A DNA stretch of 64,000 nucleotides, from the IMG/VR virus record IMGVR_UViG_3300033146_001917, positions 52,241 to 116,240 of that record; one strand, given 5' to 3'. Positions within the stretch are counted from its first letter, which is position 1. Every line of letters starts with the position of its first letter. The notes beneath the pieces were generated by a model that was not told the DNA's origin, did no database searches, and worked only from the letters and a program-made list of their open reading frames with translations. Shown here in pieces: positions 1 through 10,500 of this stretch. Origin of the DNA: a virus. The position numbers and the translations under genes are program-made.

Positions 1-172
1 GTAATCCATGCAATACATATTCTGCTAATTTTCTAGTAGCTTGGAACGCTTCTTTATCTGTTATATCTACGTTCTTGAATACTTTTGTATCTACTAATTC
101 TACTATTGTTCTCCAAGGAACTTTTTTATTTGTTTTTAATGTGTATGTATATGATCCTTTAATAATTGCCAT
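1..172 (-). CDS. hypothetical protein (5' part only, runs off the window)
   Basis: ATG at 172-170 preceded by AGGA; frame open to the window edge (MAIIKGSYTYTLKTNKKVPWRTIVELVD...). Confidence 0.55.
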   Translation of the reverse strand, partial: MAIIKGSYTYTLKTNKKVPWRTIVELVDTKVFKNVDITDKEAFQATRKLAEYVLHGL

Positions 173-269
173 GATAGTCTTCCTAACAATATGTATAGGA
201 GGAGAAAGCGACCGCCGTTTAAAATTAAAATAAGCTGGACACTTAGCAAAATTATTAATATCCGTAAGG

Positions 270-746
270 CTAACCTGCACTTATATCAACCTTAAGTTTG
301 ACAAAATGTATCTGTTTATCAGTAATTAATTTTTGAAGGGCGCGTTGATCTTTTGATAACCGTTTAGCATTACCAGTTTTAACATCTATAAAGTCAACAC
401 ATCCAGGCTCAGTGTCACTAGGGAATTTTATTCCTATAAAATCTACTATATTACCAAGAGGTATTATTCTATTATACTCCGCGTGTAATTTAGTATATCC
501 TACTAATTCTCCAAGTACTCCTTTATGAGTATTAACTGATCCTTGTATAGACTGAAGTACCTTAGTAGGCATTTTGTCAATAGCTTGTTCTAAAGGATGT
601 AAATCTACTGTAACATGTGGAGTAGGAATTATAGGCGCAGGAGGAAGGGTTAACTTCACCTTCCGTATTTCAATCACTGTAAGTATGGCTCCTCCAAGTA
701 CAATTAATACCCCAAGTCCTATTAATATTGTATTTATTGTATCCAT
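270..746 (-). CDS. membrane-anchored PD-(D/E)XK nuclease, Holliday-junction-resolvase-like (Endonuc_Holl type)
   Basis: N-terminal hydrophobic helix, then KGVLGE...LGNIVDFI...FIDVKTG..RLSKDQ, the pattern of that family. Confidence 0.65.
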   Translation of the reverse strand: MDTINTILIGLGVLIVLGGAILTVIEIRKVKLTLPPAPIIPTPHVTVDLHPLEQAIDKMPTKVLQSIQGSVNTHKGVLGELVGYTKLHAEYNRIIPLGNIVDFIGIKFPSDTEPGCVDFIDVKTGNAKRLSKDQRALQKLITDKQIHFVKLKVDISAG

Positions 747-749
747 TAG

Positions 750-941
750 TTATCCTTCGTGGTTTAGGTTATTCCATTTACTCCATGACAAATTAGGAGT
801 TCCTGACCATGATGGTAATTTAATTAAATTAGCAGAAGTTGCATTACAGTGTTTGCATCTATCAGTTATTTTATCTGATGTAATTAAATACTCTTCTATC
901 TTTCCACATTTTTTACATTCGTAATCAAAGATACGATACAT
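750..941 (-). CDS. FmdB-family zinc-ribbon protein
   Basis: MYRIFDYECKKCG...CKHC; start moved to ATG 941, which overlaps the upstream stop (TAATG). Confidence 0.7.
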   Translation of the reverse strand: MYRIFDYECKKCGKIEEYLITSDKITDRCKHCNATSANLIKLPSWSGTPNLSWSKWNNLNHEG

Positions 942-1459
942 TATTTTTGTTCTCCTAGTCCTTCTTCTATAACCCATGTAGGTACTGCACGTCTTGTATA
1001 TGTTAGTATATCCGTTTTTGCACCTAAATAATACATCCTATATGATTCTACAGCATTAGGAGAGATGTATAAAGAAGGAATTGTTAATGGTGGTGGTGTT
1101 AATTTTGTATCAGGAAAGGACCAATTCGCTGCATTACAAAACATAGTATCACGTCTAATAGCAAATCTCATATAACGTAATTTATACATATGCTGCTTAT
1201 GCCATCGATACGTATATTCATTTAATAACGCTTTGAAATGATTCTTTAACCACTGATAATTTAAAGGGGATAATATGCCCCACTGTGCCCAAGGCTGTTT
1301 TACCCAACGACGATGAACTAATGATTGGCTATTGGAATCAAGTAAGCTTTCTATTGTAGTTAATAATCTGTAAACCACTAGGATTTGAAAGATAATATGC
1401 TTATCTCCATGATACATAGCAGCTAGTTTTGGATCTTTAGCTAAATAAAAAGCATTCAT
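941..1459 (-). CDS. pyrimidine-dimer DNA glycosylase / endonuclease V-like protein
   Basis: MNAFYL..DPKLAAMYHGDKH N-terminus, NYQWL...LLNEYTYRW.K.H, AVESYRMYY..K. Confidence 0.75.
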   Translation of the reverse strand: MNAFYLAKDPKLAAMYHGDKHIIFQILVVYRLLTTIESLLDSNSQSLVHRRWVKQPWAQWGILSPLNYQWLKNHFKALLNEYTYRWHKQHMYKLRYMRFAIRRDTMFCNAANWSFPDTKLTPPPLTIPSLYISPNAVESYRMYYLGAKTDILTYTRRAVPTWVIEEGLGEQK

Positions 1460-1462
1460 GTA

Positions 1463-3898
1463 TTAGTCCATAAAGCGTGTCTTCTCGTTAATTTTACTAG
1501 ATGCTTCTTGCTCTTGACGACTAGCAATAAGATTCATATCTGCCTGAGCAAAATCAGAACTAGATGGGTAAAAATCAAAATAGATCTTATTTTTAAATGA
1601 TGTAATCTTATTTTTACCAATATTTAACTCAACAGTAGGCATTCTAATTAGTTCCTGTTGTAACATTGAGTCATGGAAATATTCTGCTTTGTCAGCGTTT
1701 TCATGTACATCATTGTACAAGTGCCCAATAAAATTAGTGTCATATTCAATCTGTCCAGTTTCAATAATATCTTCATTACCTGCATGATCACCACGTTTAA
1801 TCTTGCGATACTCAATAGTAGCTAATACAGTTATGTGATGTTTGGTAGCTAAGTCTTTCATTACTGTCGAGACTGTTTTAAATCTTACACGTTCGTCACC
1901 AGCAGCGGCTTGAAAATCACGTAGCTTATGGAAATTGTCTAAGATATATACAATATTTCTCTCTGGAAATCGTTCTCGATAATATTTGATAAGCCTATCA
2001 GCGAAAGCAATTGATTTGCCATCGTTAGCATCTTTAATTACAAGACGTCCATTTTGTATCAGGTCTCGAATAACACCGTAACCAGTATCACGTTTCTGAA
2101 CTGTATTGGAATTGTATTTTGCGTGATAGTTAGGATCCATAACTTCATTTAATGTAAGTTGTTTTGTTCCCTCAGCTACACATATAAATTTAGGAATTAA
2201 TTGCTGTGCCGTATCGTCAATTGAATGATAGATAACAAGAGCATTGTTTTCAACTCTATGTGCAATTTCGTAGGACAACTTACTCATAAATGCAGTCTTG
2301 CCAGCATTTGCTTTTCCACCAATGACCATGAATACATCTTTTTTCCAGTCACCTGCTAGTGCATCTTCTAGCGCTTTAAGATCTGGACCTAATACATACC
2401 CGGAGAATGTTCCATCTTTAGATTCTTCATAAGTACGTTGAGTATCTAAGACAGACAGAGTAGATTCTAGAGAAAAGCTATCTTCATCAAATTTACGAGC
2501 TAAGTTAAACAAAGCTGCTTCGGCATCTTGCATTGCAGTTTCCACTGCGTCTGGATGCCTTTCAATAGTCGTAATCATTTTATCAATAATATTACGTTTC
2601 TCACGAGATTTTTCTGCTTCACGTAAATTTTGAAGCCTGTTAACTTCATGCTGAATAGTTGATAAAGTTACGCTTGTTGATTGTGCTAGAGCTTTACACT
2701 GTCTTTCCTGCTCGATATACGATGTTTCATTTACAATAAGTGGAATCATTGCTGAGCATACATCGTTATCATCTGTTTCAGGATCGAAACGAGACAACCG
2801 CCATTCAAAAGCAGACTGCTTTTTTAGCCTGTTAAACTTAGCCATCCCATTTTCACGAATAAATTCATCTGGATCCTGTTCATCAGGAATAATCATTACC
2901 TTAACGTTCAAGTCCTTATGACCACTTAGTATTTTATCTAAAATATTAGCAGTACGAGACTGTCCAGGTTCATCACCATCAAAACATAAAATTAAATTAT
3001 AAATGTTATGTTGTTTTAGCAATTGTACCTGTTCAACAGTGAGTGCTGTACCTCCAATAGCTACAGTATTTTTGATACCATGCTGAGCTGCTGTAACTAC
3101 GTCTGAATATCCTTCGAAAATAAATACAGGTGTATTGCGACGCTTACGATATTTAAGTAATTGATCTAAACCAAACAGTCGAGTACTCTTATGGTAGATA
3201 TTACACTTAACTCCTGTATGTTTCTGATTAACGTATTTATGACCACGACCTTGAATGTAATTTAGATCACGAGCAGCAAAACCTACAGGACGACTAAATT
3301 CATCTCGTATTGTAAATATCATTCTGGCTTCGCCAAATATATCTTTCCTAGATAAATCTACGTCATCTAGAAATTTAGCTTGAAAGCCTATCGTTTTCAT
3401 TGCTTGTCGGAATTCTTTGTAATCTGCTACACATCCTATTCCGTATTGATCACAAGTCTCTAAGTTCCATCCACGCTTTTTAGCCGTATCCAGAAATAGA
3501 TTATCTTTTTTACTAGTGGTAACATAATTAGCTACAGCTGCATACGCTCTATAGGTATCCATCTGATAGATTTCTTCTTCAGTTAATGGAGTAGTCTCTA
3601 CTTCTATTTCATATTTATTAGCTAGATAGAGTAGGTTATCAGTTATGAATTCTATTCCTGTTAATGGTTTATTTTCAATGAGATGCGCCGCATGAAAAAT
3701 ATTTCCTGACACACCGCAGCCGAAACAATTAAATACCTTATTACCTTTCACTAACCCACAAGATGGATCGTGGTCATCATGCTGAGGAGAGATGCATTGA
3801 AATAAATTTTTACTTAAATCTATACCATGTTCTTCAAGATATTTAGGCAAAAATGCACTGATCCGATCACGGACCTCATCGTAGTTCTTGACTTTCAT
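1463..3898 (-). CDS. DNA primase-helicase fusion (CHC2 zinc finger + TOPRIM + DnaB-like helicase)
   Basis: C..PQH.DHDPS...CFGC zinc finger; PVGFAAR and KYVN; FEGYSDV, FDGDEPG and DPDE TOPRIM motifs; Walker A GKANAGKT; IEYDTN. Confidence 0.9.
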   Translation of the reverse strand: MKVKNYDEVRDRISAFLPKYLEEHGIDLSKNLFQCISPQHDDHDPSCGLVKGNKVFNCFGCGVSGNIFHAAHLIENKPLTGIEFITDNLLYLANKYEIEVETTPLTEEEIYQMDTYRAYAAVANYVTTSKKDNLFLDTAKKRGWNLETCDQYGIGCVADYKEFRQAMKTIGFQAKFLDDVDLSRKDIFGEARMIFTIRDEFSRPVGFAARDLNYIQGRGHKYVNQKHTGVKCNIYHKSTRLFGLDQLLKYRKRRNTPVFIFEGYSDVVTAAQHGIKNTVAIGGTALTVEQVQLLKQHNIYNLILCFDGDEPGQSRTANILDKILSGHKDLNVKVMIIPDEQDPDEFIRENGMAKFNRLKKQSAFEWRLSRFDPETDDNDVCSAMIPLIVNETSYIEQERQCKALAQSTSVTLSTIQHEVNRLQNLREAEKSREKRNIIDKMITTIERHPDAVETAMQDAEAALFNLARKFDEDSFSLESTLSVLDTQRTYEESKDGTFSGYVLGPDLKALEDALAGDWKKDVFMVIGGKANAGKTAFMSKLSYEIAHRVENNALVIYHSIDDTAQQLIPKFICVAEGTKQLTLNEVMDPNYHAKYNSNTVQKRDTGYGVIRDLIQNGRLVIKDANDGKSIAFADRLIKYYRERFPERNIVYILDNFHKLRDFQAAAGDERVRFKTVSTVMKDLATKHHITVLATIEYRKIKRGDHAGNEDIIETGQIEYDTNFIGHLYNDVHENADKAEYFHDSMLQQELIRMPTVELNIGKNKITSFKNKIYFDFYPSSSDFAQADMNLIASRQEQEASSKINEKTRFMD

Positions 3899-3907
3899 GT
3901 GGTTCCT

Positions 3908-4810
3908 TTAGGCTAAAAGATTAAGCCTGTTGAGTTCTTGACCCTGGTTACAAAATGGAAATGCAGCGCAGTAACTGCAGCGGCGAACCTTGGGTGGGCG
4001 TCGTTCGATACGACCATCAATCTTTTTATCTTGTTTATATTTAATTGCTTCTTCGTAACTTTTGCAAAGCTTGGCAGCTCGTGAACTAGTATTTCGATAA
4101 ATAGCAAACACTTCTTCACCCGCCCAAAGTTCTTTCTTCGTACATAGATCTAATTCGTTATCATCCTTTTGTAAATTATTTTCTAGTTTGCTTAGTCGTT
4201 CTTGAATATAAGCTTCAACTTCGTCAGAAGACATTAGTTCAATCTCGTAGCCAGCTAATATTTTTTTCTGCGGGTATTTGTTATCTTGCCTTGCTTTCAT
4301 TGATTGCCAATCAGTAAAAAAGAAATCAATATAACCAACAGTATTAACCTTGTAATCTGATCCTAGTAATAGCCACCTGTATATAGATAACTGTAATTTA
4401 TAATCAAGATCCTTACTCCCAAATACATAAGACCATACAGATGTTGTTTTAATATCACGTAGAGTTGCTACCTGATTATTATCTGTAACAAGGATGTCAA
4501 ATTTACCAGATACTGTATATTCAATATTTTCTATCTGAATTTTCCTATGTAATCTTAATTCCTTGGTAACATTTTCAGATTCAATTCGTTCAATCGAATC
4601 ATGAATAGCAGTGCCTATACGAGAAGCAATAAGATCTGATGCATCTTGTTGCAACGTATCTGCATGTCGCATAGTTAAAATATGCGACCTAGTAGGCTTC
4701 ATAATTGTCGTGGCACTAATTGTGTAAGGATTTGAATTATGATCATAGTCATCATGAACTAACCAATCAACTATATATTGTGGGAAATTCAATTTATTTG
4801 TATATTGCAT
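3908..4810 (-). CDS. PD-(D/E)XK exonuclease (RecB/Cas4-like)
   Basis: GTAIHD, SGKFD, DIKTT, QLSIY motifs and C-terminal CSYC....C; ATG 4810 has an AAGGA RBS (ORF track extends to 4846). Confidence 0.8.
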   Translation of the reverse strand: MQYTNKLNFPQYIVDWLVHDDYDHNSNPYTISATTIMKPTRSHILTMRHADTLQQDASDLIASRIGTAIHDSIERIESENVTKELRLHRKIQIENIEYTVSGKFDILVTDNNQVATLRDIKTTSVWSYVFGSKDLDYKLQLSIYRWLLLGSDYKVNTVGYIDFFFTDWQSMKARQDNKYPQKKILAGYEIELMSSDEVEAYIQERLSKLENNLQKDDNELDLCTKKELWAGEEVFAIYRNTSSRAAKLCKSYEEAIKYKQDKKIDGRIERRPPKVRRCSYCAAFPFCNQGQELNRLNLLA

Positions 4811-4883
4811 ATGTTCCTTTGTGAGTTTAAATGCTTTTGCATCCAATATTATAACTTAATTCCTCTATTCCTTCTACAGGAGA

Positions 4884-5327
4884 ATGATAATGGCCATAAT
4901 AACACGTTGTCCCGATCTGATACCAATAATCCAATTCGACGATGAGAAACGCGAATATGCTGTAGCTAGCTGGAATCAAGACGAAGCTGGCGAAGCTGAA
5001 ACTTACCTAGCGGTTTACGAATCTAAAATAATTGGAGTTATGCATGCAATGATGCATGAAGGTTGTTTATGGTCAGGAGGAACTGTAGTTAATAGATCGT
5101 ACCAACATCAAGGTATCGCTAAGGAATTATGGAGTACAGCTATAAACAACATCCGCCCTCAAAAAATTAATATAACTGTTACAAGCGACCGAGGATATAC
5201 TTTAGCACTATCACTAAAACATACATATCCTAGAATATCTTGGGACATTATCCAAAATGGGAATCGCTTACTACGTAATATGAAAAAAATAAAACTAAAT
5301 AATACCAATGGTACGTATGAAACATGA
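4884..5327 (+). CDS. GNAT-family acetyltransferase-like protein
   Basis: VVNRSYQHQGIAKEL acetyl-CoA-binding motif A; AGGAG RBS. Confidence 0.6.
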   Translation: MIMAIITRCPDLIPIIQFDDEKREYAVASWNQDEAGEAETYLAVYESKIIGVMHAMMHEGCLWSGGTVVNRSYQHQGIAKELWSTAINNIRPQKINITVTSDRGYTLALSLKHTYPRISWDIIQNGNRLLRNMKKIKLNNTNGTYET

Positions 5328-5739
5328 CTATTGTGATGGGTGTACGGTCCGATGTTTCGACAAACAAGAATGGTGTCTAAACGATAAATTTCATCCCAAA
5401 AATGGTCATGTTATTGAATGTGTTAATGGTGATAAATTCTGGTATTTGGATGATAAACTTCACCGTAAAAATGGACCTGCAATAGAGTTAAGAAATGGAC
5501 ATAAATACTGGTATAAAAATGGATTCTTAAATAGACTAGATGGTCCTGCAATAAAATATCTAAATGACACGCAAGAATGGTATCTGAACGGCAGACGTCA
5601 CCGTGAAGACGGACCGGCTGTTGAACGGGCTGATGGCAGCGAAGAATGGTGGATCGAAGGTCGTAAACTTACTAAATCAGAATTCTTTAACATTATAGGT
5701 AGGTACAAAGTACGTATAAATAGAATAATAGAATTATAA
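5308..5739 (+). CDS. phage repeat protein (LHR.DGPA.E..NG...WY.NG repeats)
   Basis: four to five ~24-aa repeats, e.g. LHRKNGPAIELRNGHKYWYKNG and RHREDGPAVERADGSEEWWIEG. Confidence 0.75.
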   Translation: MVRMKHDYCDGCTVRCFDKQEWCLNDKFHPKNGHVIECVNGDKFWYLDDKLHRKNGPAIELRNGHKYWYKNGFLNRLDGPAIKYLNDTQEWYLNGRRHREDGPAVERADGSEEWWIEGRKLTKSEFFNIIGRYKVRINRIIEL

Positions 5740-5751
5740 TACAAAAGTGAC

Positions 5752-6000
5752 TTGTTTGCAACTACTTGGATAACACATGGACGTTGCAGTACGATGATTG
5801 ATCATCTAACTAGAGATGGCAATACAGAAATAAGTATGCGTCGTACACAAGAATTTATTTCAATATGTATCAAAGATGTACTAGCGAATTGCGATTCTGA
5901 GTTTCTAAATTTATCTAAAAAGATACGTAAACAATATCAAGGTAGTATGACCAAATTGATATCAAAATGGTGGACAAATTATGTACGTAACAATAGTTAA
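5752..6000 (+). CDS. hypothetical protein
   Basis: fills the gap in a co-oriented cassette; start uncertain. Confidence 0.4.
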   Translation: MFATTWITHGRCSTMIDHLTRDGNTEISMRRTQEFISICIKDVLANCDSEFLNLSKKIRKQYQGSMTKLISKWWTNYVRNNS

Positions 6001-6014
6001 AATAGAGAAATATT

Positions 6015-6518
6015 GTGGGTGATGAGCGAAGAGGACAACTCTTTGCTCAATGGATAACACATAATTTCCCAAAGAGTAAAAACATACTAGACGTTGCAGG
6101 AGGAAGGGGTCAAGTAGCTCGTAAATTAGCTAATAAAAAATGTCACATACACATTGTAGACGCTAAGCCTCGCTTTGCGGGCAAATTACATCCTAGAATT
6201 AGTTACGAAGGAACTTGGTTCGATGGAGATGTATATAAATCTCAATCTTACAACTTAGTTATAGGCATGCATCCAGATGAGGCTACTGGTGAAATAATAA
6301 GATATGCAATTAAAACTAATATTCCATTTGCTATAGTACCATGCTGTATCAAGGGACGTGATGCTAAACATATTTCTAAATTTAATGATTGGATTAAGCA
6401 TCTTACAGATATGGCTAAACAAAAAGGATTTAAAATCGAAATACATAAATTGAAAATGCAAGGGAAAAATACGATTATAACAGGAAAACCAACACAACAA
6501 ACCAGAAAGAAAGATTAG
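6015..6518 (+). CDS. class I SAM-dependent methyltransferase
   Basis: ILDVAGGRG motif I; GMHPDEATGEI and PFAIVPCC. Confidence 0.75.
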   Translation: MGDERRGQLFAQWITHNFPKSKNILDVAGGRGQVARKLANKKCHIHIVDAKPRFAGKLHPRISYEGTWFDGDVYKSQSYNLVIGMHPDEATGEIIRYAIKTNIPFAIVPCCIKGRDAKHISKFNDWIKHLTDMAKQKGFKIEIHKLKMQGKNTIITGKPTQQTRKKD

Positions 6519-6521
6519 AAA

Positions 6522-7244
6522 ATGTATATACTGTTACTAGGATTATTGACAAGCACTCCAGCCGAAACAAAAATAGACATTCTTGCAGATGAAATTGCTT
6601 CTCAATGTAGAGCAATAAGCCATAAAGAATGCCTTGCAATTGTAAATAAAACAATCGACACACAATACGTATGTTCTGGACAATATAATGATACAACGCC
6701 AGCATGTATTCGATTTAGATATAATTTTAATTCCAGCTTGTGTTCGTTCGGAAGTTATGTAGGGTGCATGAACATGACTCCGTTGATATCTGACCCTGAA
6801 TATCAAATAAGTTTCTTTGCTGCAGCATGCAGGCTGGAATCAGATGATATCTGCTCTGTTGCTGCCTATAGATTATTGCAGATAAATCTCAAGAAACATT
6901 ACACAACTATCCAGGAGTTAGGTAAATTAGGATGTAATGCTAACGTAGGAACAAGCTGTGCTGTGCTAAGCGTAGCAATTATGAAGCTTCATCCTGATAG
7001 CGAGAAAGACATACACCAAGCCCTAATATATGCTAGAAAAGGATGCGATACTAATCCAGGAACATGCTTTCTAGCAGGTTACGTCGCATTGGCAGAGGCT
7101 AGTCTTCTTTACAAAATGCAGTGTGATTTGGGACAAGAACTTGCATGTATGATGCAAAGAAAAGCCAAGAGATTGGCTCAGTCTACAGAAAGTACTACTA
7201 TTAAAGCTATAACAGCTAATAATCCAGCAGGAATAACAAGATGA
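6522..7244 (+). CDS. secreted Cys-rich Sel1/Hcp-like repeat protein
   Basis: signal-peptide-like N-terminus; repeated A/GC....(S)C pairs (AACRLESDDIC, LGCNANVGTSC, KGCDTNPGTC, QCDLGQELAC). Confidence 0.6.
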   Translation: MYILLLGLLTSTPAETKIDILADEIASQCRAISHKECLAIVNKTIDTQYVCSGQYNDTTPACIRFRYNFNSSLCSFGSYVGCMNMTPLISDPEYQISFFAAACRLESDDICSVAAYRLLQINLKKHYTTIQELGKLGCNANVGTSCAVLSVAIMKLHPDSEKDIHQALIYARKGCDTNPGTCFLAGYVALAEASLLYKMQCDLGQELACMMQRKAKRLAQSTESTTIKAITANNPAGITR

Positions 7245-7567
7245 AAACTCTACTTACTTTCTTATTTTTAGTTAATCCCGCGCTTAATACTTACGATGTT
7301 AATAGCTGGGTATTAACTTGTGTATTGCAAGAAGTTGCTACTACATGCACAATGGTTGGTGATGCATACTATGATTCAGTGCTTGCAGAACAAAATAACT
7401 ACCTCGCAATAAAATTTTATACAGAGGGATGTGAACTTGGAGATCCAATAGCTTGTGATAAATTAGCTATTTTTTATACAGAGGGAATTATAGTTGTAGC
7501 AAATCCTGTACTAGCTGCTCAATATTCAAATAGAGCTATATGTCTTAGGCAACATACTTGTATCTAA
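7241..7567 (+). CDS. secreted Sel1-like repeat protein
   Basis: signal peptide; AIKFYTEGCELGDPIACDKLAIFYTEG...A.QY..RA; ATGA overlap with upstream gene. Confidence 0.7.
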   Translation: MKTLLTFLFLVNPALNTYDVNSWVLTCVLQEVATTCTMVGDAYYDSVLAEQNNYLAIKFYTEGCELGDPIACDKLAIFYTEGIIVVANPVLAAQYSNRAICLRQHTCI

Positions 7568-10500
7568 CTATTCTACTGCAGCAGTAATATCTAAATAATG
7601 TACCGTTAGTGATATAACTCCAGCTGTAGCTGGACCACCATTTGCTGTTACTACAATTTCTTGATTAGATAATGATGGATTTGGTAATACAGCAGTAGCA
7701 TTTGTGTTATCAAATGTTGTTCCTGCAGTCAGTGCAATTCCCGCCGCAAAAATATCTGTATCTCCTGATATACCAATATCAAGATCAGTGCATCCAGTAA
7801 ATTCTGTATTAACCCTACCTGTTACTCCAACCACAAATGCTCCATGAGGTATAATATTACTTGCTGTAGTCTTAGTTGAATCTCCAGAAAAAGTTAAGGT
7901 TTCGGATTTCATCTTAATAGCTACAGTTGCCTGTTTATCTGATTGTACAGTTACGTTATCTGTTGCAATAAATGATAAAGCTTCTTGATTACCTAATTGA
8001 AGAATCTTAGCATCACCAACGTATGGATCATAAACAATACGAGATCCTTCACTACCTACAATCGCAGAATAATTTTCTACTTCAGTCCAGTTAATAACAG
8101 TATTGTCATAAAATTCAACATCACCACTAGCACCTTTAAATGTAAGATGACTTAAGGAACGTGGAATCTTGATAGTGCTATGATCTTCTACGTGAATAGC
8201 ATATGGTGCCAACTGGTCTGATATTACTCTTTCAGTATAATATTTACCAAAATTCATAGTGCCTCTAGCAACTCGTAAATATGACGACCCATAATCCTGA
8301 AAAACTTCAGTACCAGCAAGATTTATATAAGTACCTCCTCTAGTAACAGTAGTTCCTATTATACCTATACTATGTGTGCTAGTTATTCCAGCTCCAATGA
8401 ATAATCTAATACTACGACCCCAACACTGAATACTACCTGCCTTTATATGCGTATATGGCCAATCTTTGGCATATAAAATAGATTCTTTTATAAATATTTT
8501 TTGCATATCTATTATGGCTAAATTAACTACACGAGAAGCATTAGTTAATTCCATATAACCATTAAGAAAAGAATTTATGGCACCTTTAGAATTTTTGCTT
8601 TCAATATTAATTGCATCGCATTTGAAACAATTGCCGCCTATCTGTTGATCATCATTCCAAACATTGTCATGTACAAGTAAGGTGGTGGCACGTTTAACAA
8701 TACGCACTACTGATGTATTGTCTAGTGTGGTAGTTGCTAATGTGGCCAATGTTATTGTAGAACCATCATTGTACCTAATTGGAAACCTAGATCCAGATCC
8801 AGTACCTGACATAACCAACAAATAGTATCCAGTATACGCATTAGTAATTAATCCAGGATTTGCAGTAAGTGTTATTACTGAATCAGGATATGCAACCCAA
8901 CTAGACACATTCATATCAGCTGTTCCAGTTATCTGTTCCCAAGAATCATCACCAGCTAATACGATAAAGTTAGGATATCCTCCATAGTATGGACTTAAAT
9001 TCTGGTCAAATACATGGTATCCTTCACTTAATAAATCATTAGATGATAATTGCCATTCTCCTACTGGAAACTGAAGAGTAATATCGTGATGTACAAACTC
9101 AGGAATAGCTCGTATTGCTGCGGCAACAGTTTTTATTGGACCCCATGCATTAGCTTGAGTCTGATTTGCAATAGTAATTGATTCAGATGGATCAGTTCCA
9201 TTGACTGAATCCATCTGAATAGTGAAACTCTCTTGTGTCGCAGATACTGCAAAACTATCTACATAATGTTTGGTAACTGCATGCGTATTCAACGTAGGTT
9301 CACTAGGAATGAGTAAATTTCGCCCTACTGCGCAATCTCCAGATTCCGTGACTTGGAATGCTAGAGTTTCAGAACCTGGATTACCTATATCTACTCGAAA
9401 CACTCCACCACCAGCACCACCAGCTTGATGAGATAATTGTGTATGATTAACTTGTTCAGCTGAACCATCCCAATAATGTCCCTTCAATAATAGAGGAGGA
9501 GAACCTTTAAGTGGAGCACTTGCAGTAGCTTCTTCCCCATTCATCCATGTTTGTCCATCAGCGTATACTGCCCATATTGGACGTTGATTTATGGTATGAT
9601 CCATAAGCTTAAACATAGGATAATTCTGAGCAAACTCAGACGCTCGTACAACAAACGCATTGGATAATGCATTGTTGGCATAAAATAGACCATAGTTAGT
9701 AGCCCATGCATTTGGACTAGTAGGGTCAACTCCATCGTCATGAACTAATGCCTGATAACAAACAGAATTAGATTGGTTTTTAACAGATTCTTGGAATCCT
9801 CCACTGCCTTGAAATGTAGCAATAAATCCATTTTCTTGCTTTGGAATACTGTTTGTTGGAGGGTCTTGCCAACCACCAAACATAGCTGATTCGTATCCAT
9901 AGCTAGATGTATTATTACCTAGATGAGCCACGTAATGAGCATCTCCAGCTCCACGATGCATAATTTTAGTAAATGATCCACCGACAATAGACTGTTCTGT
10001 TATTTCACCATAGAGCCAATATCTAAAGTCTGTTTCTCCCGGGCGATGATCTATTCGTGCATAAATAGATGCATTTTCGGTAGCAGTATCATAAGGTGGA
10101 ACATAGTGTCTCTGATAATAACTTACTGATGTAGGGTTAGGAGTTTCAGTATTGTTGGTTAAACCTGACACTATGTCTACTTGATTAGTTCCCACTACTA
10201 ATCCATCTTGAGTATGTAATTGGTTACAATATATATCCGTATAGTCACTGTCGTCTGCTAGTCTAATATTAAGAGAATTACCATTTTGATATATAGCAGG
10301 ATAGACAGAGGAATCCCCGCCAAAAAAAATAGGGCCTAACATGGCCCGAGTTCCGTCTTGACGAAAATATATGGTATGATCATCATCATTTAAACCTGAT
10401 AATCCACCATGGTCAAATAGTGTTATATCAACCATATCAGGGTCTAGTTTACCATTCGAGTTTAGTAAAACTGGATGCCCGGCACCTTCAGATCCAGATA

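Noticed and set aside
3908-4810. Cas4-like nuclease as part of a CRISPR-Cas system
   Set aside because: No repeat-spacer array or other cas genes seen; context is replication/recombination
5308-5739. Repeat protein as a diversity-generating retroelement target
   Set aside because: No reverse transcriptase and no template repeat differing at adenines seen in the window
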